From positions 2,480,001 through 2,544,000 of the forward strand of contig CM035357.1 of assembly GCA_020137815.1 (NCBI GenBank): 64,000 nt of DNA. Reading direction: 5' to 3'. Position 1 is the stretch's first letter, and each line of letters begins with the position of its first letter. The position numbers and the translations under genes are program-made. Source of the DNA: Hormiphora californensis (lineage: Eukaryota > Animalia > Ctenophora). Below the pieces are notes generated by a model, which saw only the letters and a program-made list of their open reading frames with translations, was not told the origin of the DNA and ran no database searches. Shown here piece after piece: positions 14,201-24,779 of this stretch.

Positions 14201-17200
14201 CTGGTACGCCAGACGGCTCTCCCACTGTACATGGCTGCTCACCGACGTCGTCGGGGATCTCTACTCCTACCAGTTCCGGCTGCTCCACTTCATTTTTGTG
14301 ACCTTGGAGTATGTCGTTCCGGCCATACCAATAATATCGAGTGCGGTGATCAGCGTTGCAATCCTTCAAAAGCGCCGGGATAAATCTCTCAACAATGAGA
14401 GTGACAAGTCAACGAACAAGGGTTGCCGGAGAAAAGACCTAAAGGTTGAAGCCACGAAAACCATCCTATACCTCACCCTCGCGTACGTCTTATTCAACCT
14501 TCCACTGGTCATTTTCTGCGTGCTGGAATCTGTGACTTTGTGGAGTAACATGGAATTCCAAATAAATAACTTTATAGACCCCCAGGTGATTAGCTTTATT
14601 TACACCTTGATGGGGGTACACATGGTCGCACTAAACTCAGTCACCAATGTGCTCATCTACTTTTTCCGGAAGAAAGGACTCCGGGCGTTCTGGTATTCCG
14701 TGTTAACCGGTAGCCTGGAAGGTACACAAAACACTGGAGACTGGAGGATTTCCACGGCACGGAGGTTTTACAGCCCCCGCTACACAAAACGGAACATAGG
14801 ATGCACAATCATATCCTCGATAGCACTTCACGAAGTGGCAGCAACCGGAAACCTGTGACAGAATTTTAAAACTATGAAATTGCAGATAGGCCAATGAACC
14901 ATCACTGATGGTCCATCAGGTGTCTCAAATACCCAATATCAGAGAAACTTTAGGCACCAATAAAGAGGAATCCCTTACAAGATGGCTAGCGGAGAGACTT
15001 TTGATGTTAAACAATACCGTGTGATGGACTCAAATTAGGGATGAACCCCAGGTTAAATCAGGGACCACGATATGAGGGATAACCAATTCTCCCCATCCTG
15101 ATTTAAACCCAATTTGACTCTCGGTCAGTGAATATTTTTTGTGTATTTGTTTTAAAAGCTATATACAGTCGGACCCCGATTTACCGGGAGGATAAACTTC
15201 CCCCGATATTTAGGAAATTAACAGTATGTATTTGACCCCGATTTAACAGACAAAACTCTTTCCCCTGAGCATCCCGGTAAACCGTGGTCCGACTGTACAC
15301 GTGTGTGTTGGAGATGGTTGATATATATTTATCGGAAGACCAGCTGAGCTGCATAATAAATTAATTGTTAATATTTCATCATGTTGTTCCCATAACAAAC
15401 CGGAGCGAGTTTTATAATTCTTCAGATATCGGGGTTTGATTGGGTTGCGAAGCCACCTCTATTATTGCATATAACGTGCGAGCTTGTGCGGAGAGGTAAT
15501 TTCATTACTACGTGGGTTTGATTGGAAGATATTGAATTGGGTCGACTGTCGACATGTCACAATGCCGAAATAATGACTTACCGCAGTTACTTCCATTAAA
15601 CTCTGTTATTAAAAGATTTAATTAAACGCCACGTCAGCTGTAGTAATGTCACTTTTCTAAACGACATTTCTTTCTGAAGTGTGGCGGTAGGATATTGTGC
15701 GTATAAGGTGTCTTTAGCTGGTACGTGACTTTAGTTGCTCAGTAACTCGTGACCAGCTGCCTGTCGCTTTCTAAACTTTTACTTTCTAAATGCCGTACCC
15801 AACACTTCTCGTTCATTGGGGACACTTTGAACTGCTTGAGTTAATCGATATATGTCAGCCAGCAAAGTCGCTTGACACTTTAGTAATGAGACTGTCTGAA
15901 GTTCAATGGTGGTATGGCGTAGTCTCAATTGCGAAACAATAGGAGCTTTAAGTATTCTGTTTTAGCATACGCCGGGGTCATTTTGAGTTTTGGGGTTTGG
16001 TCCGGCTCTACGAGCCGAAATGATTGGAATCGTCACCTACTAAAGGTCGCATCCCGACGCCTTTGCCCTGTGGGCCCCGGGTTATCCAAACCAACTTTAT
16101 TGGTTTTTGGTACTACTAGTTGGAAGAGGGGCCCAAAATGTGGTCGACAGGTCACAATGCAGAAATAATAATCGTGCATGCGCCAGGGAGCATGCACGAT
16201 TGACACTTTAGTAATGAGACTGTCTGAAGTTTATTGGTGGTATGGCATAGTCTCGCCTGCGAAACAAATTCAAATTCAAATTCAAATTCATTTTGCGTAA
16301 CACAGAATATTCAAAAAGTAAACCTCCTAAAAAAGTTAATACTCAGCACACTTACAACACAGCGGCACAGTTGGTAATGAAATTACCCCTCCGCAAAAGC
16401 TCACGGATATAATAACAGGTGTGACTTCGTAACCAAGCGACACAGCTAACACGCATCATGAACACCATGCTATTATAGTATTGAGTTGCTGTTTGCTTGA
16501 GTAGGATAACCGCTGATGGAGGTGTATCCGGAATGGTAGAGAGGAAAATACCTAGCTGAGATTTGAACTGGTAAATAGTTGGGGCCTCCTTTACAGAGTG
16601 TAACTGATAAAGAGTTGGGGCCTCCTTTACAGAGTGTAACTGATAAAGAGTTGGGGCCTCCTTTACAGAGTGTAACTGATAAAGAGTTGGGGCCTCCTTT
16701 ACAGAGTGTAACTGATAAAGAGTTGGGGCCTCCTTTACAGAGTGTAACTGATAAAGAGTTGGGGCCTCCTTTACAGAGTGTAACTGATAAAGAGTTGGGG
16801 CCTCCTTTACAGAGTGTAACTGATAAAGAGTTGGGGCCTCCTTTACAGAGTGTAACTGATAAAGAGTTGGGGCCTCCTTTACAGAGTGTAACTGATAAAG
16901 AGTTGGGGCCTCCTTTACAGAGTGTAACTGATAAAGAGTTGGGGCCTCCTTTACAGAGTGTAACTGATAAAGAGTTGGGGCCTCCTTTACAGAGTGTAAC
17001 TGATAAAGAGTTGGGGCCTCCTTTACAGAGTGTAACTGATAAAGAGTTGGGGCCTCCTTTACAGAGTGTAACTGATAAAGAGTTGGGGCCTCCTTTACAG
17101 AGTGTAACTGATAAAGAGTTGGGGCCTCCTTTACAGAGTGTAACTGATAAAGAGTTGGGGCCTCCTTTACAGAGTGTAACTGATAAAGAGTTGGGGCCTC

Positions 17201-20200
17201 CTTTACAGAGTGTAACTGATAAAGAGTTGGGGCCTCCTTTACAGAGTGTAACTGATAAAGAGTTGGGGCCTCCTTTACAGAGTGTTCCACAACCTTGCCC
17301 TTGGTAATTATCCCTCCGCGTTATAATAGCTCACGGAGCTATATGGACATGATCATAAAGTCGGGACACTTTTGAGATTTTATTTTTTCAAAATTTCGAC
17401 CAAAATTTTTGAAAACTCAATTTAAGGCATTTATTTTCATCTTAGGTCCACAAAAATTCAGGAGCAGACATGAAAATGTTAAAACCTGACCGTTTGATAA
17501 GCAAAAACTTGATAACTCAACTTATGTGGATCACAGAACAACATTTATAAAATCTCTGCTGGAGAGCATACAGTTTGAAATTTTGGTTGGTTGTTACATG
17601 GATTCGACAGAGAAACGTATACTAAACTAGCGTAATCTTGGTTGAGTCGCGAATTACTCAACTGATGTGGATTGTTCGGTCGCCAAACTTAAAAGTCAGT
17701 AAAACACGGTAAAAATCGCACTATAACCCAACTTTTAGCTTTCATAATGTCCTGAAGGGGTATCTCCTACCATATTGACCCATTTTAGATGCTCAACCGA
17801 TGTGGATTTCCTTATTTTGACCCGAAATTTGACTTTTTTCAACAAAATTGGTTTGATCCACCTGGGTTGAGCTACAGCCACCGAATGGCATTGTATGGGC
17901 ACTGGTATCAGTAGGTTAGCCATAACAGGTGTTTTAGGATTAGTTTGAACTCATTTGTGGATCAATTTGACATCAAATACGTTCCTTTAATATTGACCTT
18001 AGGTCATTCAATTGAAAATCCACATGAGTTGAGTCATCCTAGAACTAAATTAGGGGGCTATCTATTACCAGAAGAATCTCCTCTTCCCTTCTAGACCAGA
18101 ATCGAAATTCAATAACTGAGTTTTCACCCGGTTGAGTCGTTATAAAGCACTAAAAAGGGTGTGATCCACATAGGTTGAGCAATTTTGTTCTAAATTTCAA
18201 GTAAGAATGTTTGGATGATAAAACTCTAATGAAATCCAAGACGGCAAGTGTTAAACTCTGTTCTGTTTCAGTTGAGGAGGCTGATCCACACAAATTGATC
18301 CACATCACTTTGACAAGCTGTATCTTCTAGACCTGTGGATCAAAAATGATCCACTTTTCATGAAAATATTCGTTGGACGATTTCGAATTAGTTAGTCTGG
18401 TGGATCAGAATCCATTATGTGGATCAGCATCCATTATGGCCAACTAACTGAACCTTGCAAAAGTGTCCCGACTTTATGATCATGTCCATATGCAATATGA
18501 TAACAGGGGTGACTTCGTAACCAAACCTTGCCCCCAGTACCGCAAATGATTGTTCATATACCAGGTTAGATCGTTGAGCCTCGTACGAGTATCGAGGGAC
18601 GACAGCTCTAGGGCCAGAGCGGGATGATAGGAGCTTTCTTCTGTCTTAGCAAACGCCGGGGCCCCCGCTCTTTGAGCCGAAATGATCGGAATCATCACCG
18701 TGGTAACGCGAAGTTACCCCTCCCTTGCCAGCGCACTAAGGTCGTGAAGCGACCTGCGGTAGGGGTAACAGAACCGATATTACAACACAAAGCAGGTTTT
18801 GGGACTGGTAAACGTTTCGAAAACCCATTAATCCATTAATTATGAACCACTTTGACTGAGTCAAAAAAAGTAATACCTCTTCAACCACTCAATGATGAAT
18901 GAAAATACACCAAATTCTCGTATTCCCTACAAAATTGTCTGAAAAATGTAATTCTGTACTCATATTTGAAAACCCATCTCCAGAACCTTAGTTTTGAGAA
19001 GTCTTTTTCTTGAAAAGTACGTCGAGTATTCTCAATATCATACAAGATCATGGGAAAGTCTAAAGTTTCTTCAAAGCTCTGGCCGTCAAGATTAGAAAGG
19101 TCTTTAAATGTTGACAAAATACCTAAAACTTTTCTTCTAAGAAAAGTTTTAGGTATCTTGTCAACCTTTTAAAAGTCGCACGATTCGTAGAAAACGTTTC
19201 TCAGCTTCTAAGGTTCCAAATTCAACCTGGTACATGAAACAATATACAACTCCAAATGTATCCCTTCGGAAATTGAAAACGCCAGCTTTATTGACCGCTC
19301 TGCAATATATAATACATGTTTGTGTCAAAGCGAAATTCAGTCTCGATATCGCCTCACTGCACGACTAAGACCCCTAGTAATTACGATTAGTGGCGTAGAC
19401 TAAAGTCGGATTTTTTGAAGTTTTCACCTCCAAAGTTTTCTTGATTCTGTCTCGGGAGAGAATAACCCCCTAGATTACTCATGGAACCACGAGAGAGATA
19501 TTCAAAATTTATTAATCTCTAGTCGAGGTCACACCTTACCGCAGTGATCATCACCTCCACTCTTTCAGTTTCAAGTTGCGCTATGAGATACTTTTGAAAT
19601 AGGATAGTTGCTATTCGGTTAACTAATAATCCTCCCTGGGTGGCAAATTACTATATATCTCTATCTCTCTTTCTTCCTCTCTTCTCTTTCTTCCTCTCTC
19701 CCTTATAAGCTGTAAACCAGATAATCAGCAATCAACCAGTAAGAACGGTTCCAGTCTGATAATATCAGAATTCAGAGACAGTTTATGAGAACTTCCAAAC
19801 CACATCGAGTTAGATCGTCTGAGTAGTGAGTAGAATGTCCATTTCGGGGTAATAAGTACCCGTTGAATGATTAAGAAGTGAGTTTAGTGGTCTTAAAGGT
19901 TTCTAGTGATGCGACTGGACAGTTAATTCACTGCTAAAATGCTAACCATAAATATACTGCTTCATCGCTTTTGGATTCTGTATATTTTCTGTATCTAATG
20001 GACAGCTTATCGGACTCTAATCCTAGGCCGAAATCTTAACACTAACAAGGCTGCTTGTAGTGGCAGGGTGGTGTAGTGGCCAGTGCACTCGCCTTCCACG
20101 CGCTAGGTCACAGGTTCGGGCCTGGACTAGCGCAATGCCACCTAGACCGCCAAGTTATGATTGGTAGAGGCTCTTTCGAGAGTTACGCAAAGACGGTGCA

Positions 20201-23200
20201 TATCTAACCAATAAGGTTGCCTGCTTGGGGTGGCGCTCGAGCTATGCTGCAGAGAAATCTGTACCAAAAATGGACCGTCGCTGAACGCTATTCGTAATAG
20301 GAGATCAGCACCACGGCATCGTTCCGACCTACTTTTTTTGTAGTGAGAAAACGGTATTCAGCAAACTGTTTCGATGAAATACGCAAACGGTGCAGTGCAT
20401 CTGCGTAAAAAATAGGGTAGTATGGTAGTTAAGGTCGAGACGGCAAGAGTTCAGCAAGGTTCCGGGAAGTAAGATGTGTCTCGTAATTATATTTTTCTCT
20501 GAACTTTAAGATAAAGTAGTTATTATAGTATTTGAACTTAAGATAAGTTATGCAAAAACGTCAAATGGTTCTGTTTTTCAGTGGTATGATATGAAACATC
20601 GGCTGCTCGAGAATCAGACGTCAAACGAGCAATTTATCAAATTCATATATTCATATATTCATATATTAAAAATATATGAAAAATGTCAAAGTAAAAAGGT
20701 ACGCAGTAAAGTATTTTAACTCTAGACTTGGTGGTCTGACAGATGTCATGATAAAAAATTATAACTTTGTTAGACAATATCTTATACAGACTTAGTTAAC
20801 CGAGTGTCTTTAAAATAATGACAAATGGAATCGATAGCTATTGTGACAGCTATTAACAGTTAAATTACCTGAAGGTCGACTCCCTTTTCTATCAGAGTTT
20901 TTAGAGTTCCGCTCCCTTCGTTGGAACTGGCTGCGTAGTGACAGCTTGTTCTACCTGGGTGGGCGGAACAACTTCAAACCTCGGTTAACCTCGATTTAAC
21001 AGGGTCACCAAGAGAGGTGGATATAAAAATACACGGTATGCCGATCAGGGTGCGTGGTAAATCGGGGTGCACGGTATGTCGATTGTCGAGGTGCACGGTA
21101 AATCGGGGTTTGATTATAACACATTTACGTTTTTGATGACAGCTGTTTATTATAATAGGGCAGCACACGACGTCAGAAACTTCATTGGGAAACAGGTTCC
21201 GAATTTTGCGATCTAACATTTAACTATGATAGTTAGAAGTTCAGTTGGTAATGAAATAACCTCTCGTCGCGGGCTGCGGGATATATTGCAGCGTAATATT
21301 AGGGATGACTTCGTAACCAAGAAGTTCAGACATCAACCCATGGGATGACACTTGTCACTTACCGTTGCCAGGGGGATAACTTCTACCGTTGCCAGGGGGG
21401 ATAACACCTACTGTTGCCAGGGGGATAACACCTACCGTTGCCAGGGGATAACAATTAACACCTACCGTTGCCAGGGGGATGACACCTACCGTTGCCAGGG
21501 GGATAACACCTACCATAGAGATCTGGCATGTTGACATCTGCACCAAAGTTGATGAGACACTGAACTGCGTGATTTTGGTTCATCATAGCAGCCAGGTGAA
21601 GAGGAGTCCTATGGTGTTCATCCCTGAAAGAAGTTGTGGACTAGTACCTTTCAGTCGAACCACATAGATGCCACTTTTTCCTTCCACCCTCACTGGACGT
21701 GTTTTTAACGTTTATGAGAAAGGGGTTTGTCTCCCCTTTTTCGAATGTTGAACTAGACGAAATTCTGAGAAAATGCTTGAAATGCTTGACAAATGACAAA
21801 TCAAATTTCTACGGTAAACATAAAGTTCTAGGTATCTTGTCAATCTTTAAGGTGGTTAAGGTACCAAAATTTCGGGGAAAGCATTCGACTACCAGACTAG
21901 ACCAATTACAGCTTGTTTAACAGCAAACCATTCTGATATGATAGTTGTGATTGCTTACTTTAAGGGTTGAGACATAACATATATCTTGCCTTGGCTAGAC
22001 CGAGACGCGTGGTATCAATGGTATCATCTGGGATTGACATGTTCCTTGTCTGTCAGCTCTCACACCGGGCCGAAGGCCCGGTGTGAGCTTACGCGAGCCC
22101 GAAGTGCCGACAGACAGACTGCGTAGCATGGCAAATCTGGGAGGGGTCCAGCCCTAAAAAAGCTAAGCCATCGGCCAAAGTTAGGGTACCGTTAGTTTTT
22201 TAATAGCTTTTTTAGTTTTTTTTAAATCTTTTTAGACTTTTTAGTTGCCTTTTTCAGGACATAAAAATAATTTTGATATTTCTAAAGAAAATGGTGCTAA
22301 AAAAGGCTATAAAAGCTAAGAAAGCTAAAAAAAGCTAAAAGAATGCCATCTACCGACAGCAGGGTACCGCGACAGTTAGCCTTTTTAGGGCTAGAACCCC
22401 CCCCCCAGTCTAGGCCATTATCAGTCTAGACCAGGATTATTATTCATTACCTTATAGTAAGATGTTCGGTGTGGGCACATAGCAGTCTGACGCACTCTCC
22501 CTCTCCATGGTAGGCTGCCAGGTGAAGGGCACTCTGACCCCGGCTATCCAGTATCTCTGTTCCGCCGTACTTCAACAACTCCTTAACTACTGACGTGTGA
22601 CCACCTAGAGGAATGAATAAAGATATATATCATTGCTGACTGCTGAGGTCAGAGAGGTGTCGACAGATCATCTTGAGCAATAACAATGTAATATGTACGA
22701 ATCTCTCGAATATATAATATTTTCATCAGAATTTTGGTTCTGATGGCACTGTAAAAATTAGAATTAATATGGCCCAAAATTAAGCTTTTCAGCATCCCAG
22801 CAGACATTTTTTAATTTTTGGTTATTGCTTGCTCTTCAATCTGACTTTATAGGTTGAACACCTAGAAAAGCAGTTACTTTCGCAGTTACTTCCGATTTGT
22901 TTCATTTAAGAGGTGCCAACAAATTATCTTGATAGATATATTATATTGCTCTTCCTCTCTGAGCTGGTTAAGCAGTCAATGCAGCCACTGGCAAAGTAGT
23001 GTTCAGCTGTCATGCCAATGACCTCCGACAGCTATTTCCTGGATCATCTAGAAAACGATACGTAATGTACGTATATAGTTTATGAATTGTTCATGGGGTG
23101 CTTAGCTGCAAGATCAATGCCATAATTCCAACTTAATATAATATCGTTTATCAAGAGGACAGATATAATCTCAAAGTTTCTTCACTATCAATTTACACCA

Positions 23201-23995
23201 AGTAGTTATTGACTCTACTACCAAGTACCATTCCAGTAGAAGATGGTTCTTTATTTCTTTTCATATTTTTCTTCATCTCAAAATATATTTGAGATGTCCT
23301 TTGAAGACCTACCTTTGCCACACATCATAGAAGCTGCTTCAAATTAAACCCAAAGTAAATCTAAACCGTATGACCAGCTTAGAATGCCCCACTTTGAGCT
23401 AAAAAGTTCAATTTCACAATTATGTAACCATAATAAAATATGTGCACAAAAAGAGGGACGAGGGTGAATTATAGTTAAAATATAGTTAAAAATAGACCAT
23501 ACCTTGACATGCATCATGCAATGCAATCCGGCCGGTGTGTGATGATGTGAGAGGGTTAAATCCGGCCCTTATCAGTTCTATGGTCGTGTCAAGGTGCCCA
23601 TATCCGGCGGCGTGGTGTAGGGCATTTCGTTCGGATGATGTGCACTTCTTTAACCCTGAATGATATGATGATATGAGACCAGTGTTTTGAAAACCAGTCC
23701 AAAAGGGTTTTAGGTTGGGCACGTCGCGGTCAATTGGAACGAAACCATTGGAAAAATATTATTTGTGATTTAACAAATTGTCTCACAAACTATCTATCGA
23801 ATTGTAGCTATCTAAGCTGAGCAAGGTTCCCAAATGGATCTGACTACTGTTGAACTGTCAGGCAACTGCTGCTGCCTGCTGCACCAGTTAATATTTCATT
23901 CTTATTCATATACATGTTTTACCTTCATTATTAAGAAGGAGCTGCTTAACTGCCTCAGTATCTCCCCTGTCAACATTTGCAAGAAAAATATCCAT
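5279..23995 (-). CDS. Ankyrin-repeat protein; exons 23995-23923, 23655-23503, 22604-22451, 21623-21514, 20954-20869, 5389-5279 (possible last exon 98-75, uncertain)
   Basis: GT-AG introns with matching phases give MDIFLANVDRGDTEAVKQLL..ERNALHHAAGYGH..GRIALHDACQGGH..GQSALHLAAYHG..HRTPLHLAA..GADVNMPDLYGRTSCHYAA..GVDLQVRCRQGRLPLHY, i.e. consecutive ankyrin repeats. Confidence 0.9.
6410..6630. repeat. CT-rich low-complexity/microsatellite tract
   Basis: Runs of ctctct with cagctc and cacctc variants. Confidence 0.9.
6818..7827. mobile_element. Non-autonomous Tc1/mariner-type element, ~107-bp TIRs, TA TSD
   Basis: TA|CAAGGTGGCCCATAAATTATG ... CATAATTTATGGGCCACCTTG|TA; also an internal ~150-bp inverted repeat (7380-7520 vs 7580-7720). 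Confidence 0.85.
8281..9048. mobile_element. Nested pair: ~70-bp TTGGT...ACCAA mini-element containing a 696-bp relative (8310-9005)
   Basis: Inner element flanked by a perfect 9-bp TSD ATTATAGGC (8301-8309, 9006-9014). Outer flanks TGTCAAAGT/TGACAAAGC (7/9). Confidence 0.8.
9134..9497. mobile_element. MITE with CCCAGTGGCTTTTTA TIRs and 8-bp TSD
   Basis: CATCCCAC flanks both ends (9126-9133, 9498-9505). Confidence 0.8.
10437..10480 (-). ncRNA. Minimal type I hammerhead ribozyme (Penelope-like/retrozyme type)
   Basis: Minus strand reads AAACAC-CUGAGGA-UUCAG AUUGA CUGAU-GAAA-CUAG-UU-GUGUUU: complete core, 6-bp stem I, 4-bp stem II, palindromic stem III AACUAGUU. Confidence 0.7.
11430..14858 (+). 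CDS. Rhodopsin-class (family A) orphan GPCR, ~378 aa; exons 11430-11532, 12980-13102, 13948-14858
   Basis: Phase-1 GT-AG introns join MADANSS..GSIAIFSFVIG|TPGS..ISIVD..LLPN|GISE..WFCVGW..LSISRT..YVLFNLP..LNSVTNVLIY; seven hydrophobic segments and an N-terminal NSS sequon. Confidence 0.9.
11640..11990. mobile_element. PIF/Harbinger-like MITE in GPCR intron 1
   Basis: TIRs GGGACCATTCAAAAAGGACGTCCA / TGGACGTCCTTTTTGAACGATCCC; a lone right TIR of the same family lies at 11132-11153. Confidence 0.7.
12214..12499. repeat. Short repeat with 11-bp subrepeats and two adjacent hairpins
   Basis: (AAGGATTACGC)-type array at 12246-12340; ~33-bp perfect stem at 12372-12449; second stem at 12450-12493. 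Confidence 0.6.
15166..15295. mobile_element. Tc1/mariner-type MITE (CAGTCGGACC family), TA TSD
   Basis: TA|CAGTCGGACCCCGATTTACCGGG ... GGTCCGACTG|TA; relatives at 25959-26106 and 38477-38648. Confidence 0.85.
16371..16436. mobile_element. 66-bp TIR mini-element, 9-bp TSD
   Basis: TTGGTAATGAAATTACCCCT...GTGACTTCGTAACCAA flanked by GCGGCACAG/GCGACACAG. Confidence 0.8.
16577..17285. repeat. Perfect 36-bp minisatellite, ~19.7 copies
   Basis: Unit AGTTGGGGCCTCCTTTACAGAGTGTAACTGATAAAG repeated head to tail, no spacers. Confidence 0.98.
17301..18524. mobile_element. TIR mini-element (TSD ACCTTGCCC) carrying a nested ~1.15-kb TA-flanked element (~17344-18488)
   Basis: Perfect 9-bp TSD on both sides; inner TIR TGGACATGATCATAAAGTCGGGACACTTTTG is inverted at the other end. 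Confidence 0.85.
18701..19403 (-). mobile_element. Diverged inverted copy of the 8310-9005 element
   Basis: Collinear reverse-complement similarity, e.g. 18880-18990 vs 8800-8902 and 19280-19305 vs 8510-8545. Confidence 0.75.
20063..20337 (+). mobile_element. tRNA-Gly-derived SINE
   Basis: Head GCAGGGTGGTGTAGTGG..CTCGCCTTCCACGCG..AGGTTCG resembles eukaryotic tRNA-Gly; T-rich end; 8-bp TSD TTGTAGTG (20055-20062, 20338-20345). Confidence 0.75.
21245..21320. mobile_element. 76-bp TIR mini-element, perfect 9-bp TSD GAAGTTCAG
   Basis: TTGGTAATGAAATAACC...GATGACTTCGTAACCAA with the same 9-mer on both sides. Confidence 0.85.
21359..21513. repeat. ~24-bp minisatellite at an ankyrin-gene 5' splice site
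   Basis: Unit GTTGCCAGGGGGATAACACCTACC; the minus strand repeats GTAGGT. Confidence 0.9.
22127..22418. mobile_element. Degenerate MITE
   Basis: CTGGGAGGGGTCCAGCCCTAAAAAAGCTAA is inverted as TTAGCCTTTTTAGGGCTAGAACCCCCCCCCAG. Confidence 0.6.
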
Positions 23996-24779
23996 CACAC
24001 TGGTCTCTAAGAAATAATTTCAATATAAGTCTGGCATATATCAGTTATAGTTTTCTAAGAAACAAAGGAGACCACATAAACCATATTTTATAGATTTATA
24101 GATTTATAGGTTTCTATGGGTTCTATGGTATGCAGGTATAGTTAGATTATATGATTCTTGGAAAGAGAAAAGGTCAAAAGGACTATAATCTCAGCGTGAC
24201 TAGTACAGCGCCGTGCAATATAATGGACGAATATTCAACAAGCAAGGATTATTAGTTGAGAAGTAGAGTCAGTCAGAGAAAGAGAGAGAGAGATTGAGAG
24301 AGAAAGAGAGAGAAAGAGAGAGACCCAGAGGAAAAATCCGAAAGCTGTGCAGTATATCGTGGTGTTAAGAAGCACGGAGGAGAAAATGATGAAATGAGAT
24401 GAAACAAGATGTGGCAATTCTCCAGCTTGTACATTTATATATTTTATGGACAGAATAGGTGACAATTGTGCACTGTATTTTTGTTTCCCTAACCTAAAAA
24501 TCATGACCTAGAAATCCTCAGGACACTGTCCTTAATCCATTCCAATCTTCAAATATGAAACTCGATCTTTACTATAAAAGTTACAAACAATTGGAAATCC
24601 TGAATACATGACCACAAAGCACAACTATAAAACTATAAAACTATAAAACTAAACTTCGAAATCTAAAAACCAAAAACACACTTTGTTAAGTAATAAATAT
24701 CATAAATGTTTGCTATCAGTCCGCAAAATATGTATCAGATTGTCTTAAACAAATAAAAACCCATTATTTTGAATCATCC

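Larger units (their letters stand above)
16267..18556 (-). mobile_element. 3' fragment of a LINE with (TTTGAA)n tail, interrupted by MITEs and a 36-bp tandem array
   Basis: After removing the insertions the minus strand reads SFAVLGARLWNTL..VKEAPT(L/I)YQFKSQLGIFLSTIPDTPP (with a frameshift), resembling the C-terminus of CR1/L2-group ORF2; tail at 16267-16290. Confidence 0.65.

Noticed and set aside
13948-14858. GPCR as an opsin
   Set aside because: The retinal-binding TM7 position (7.43) is Ala, not Lys.
16577-17285. 36-bp repeat as a CRISPR array, or as a real repetitive protein gene
   Set aside because: Units are contiguous with no spacers, there are no cas genes, the context is eukaryotic, and the unit derives from LINE coding sequence.
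20063-20134. Functional tRNA-Gly gene
   Set aside because: The acceptor stem and T-loop are broken (GTTCGGGCC), and the unit continues into a TSD-flanked body, so it is called a SINE.
20135-20300. HDV-like (theta-type) ribozyme downstream of the tRNA head
   Set aside because: A P1-like pairing exists, but I could not identify P3/L3/P1.1 or the catalytic J4/2 motif.
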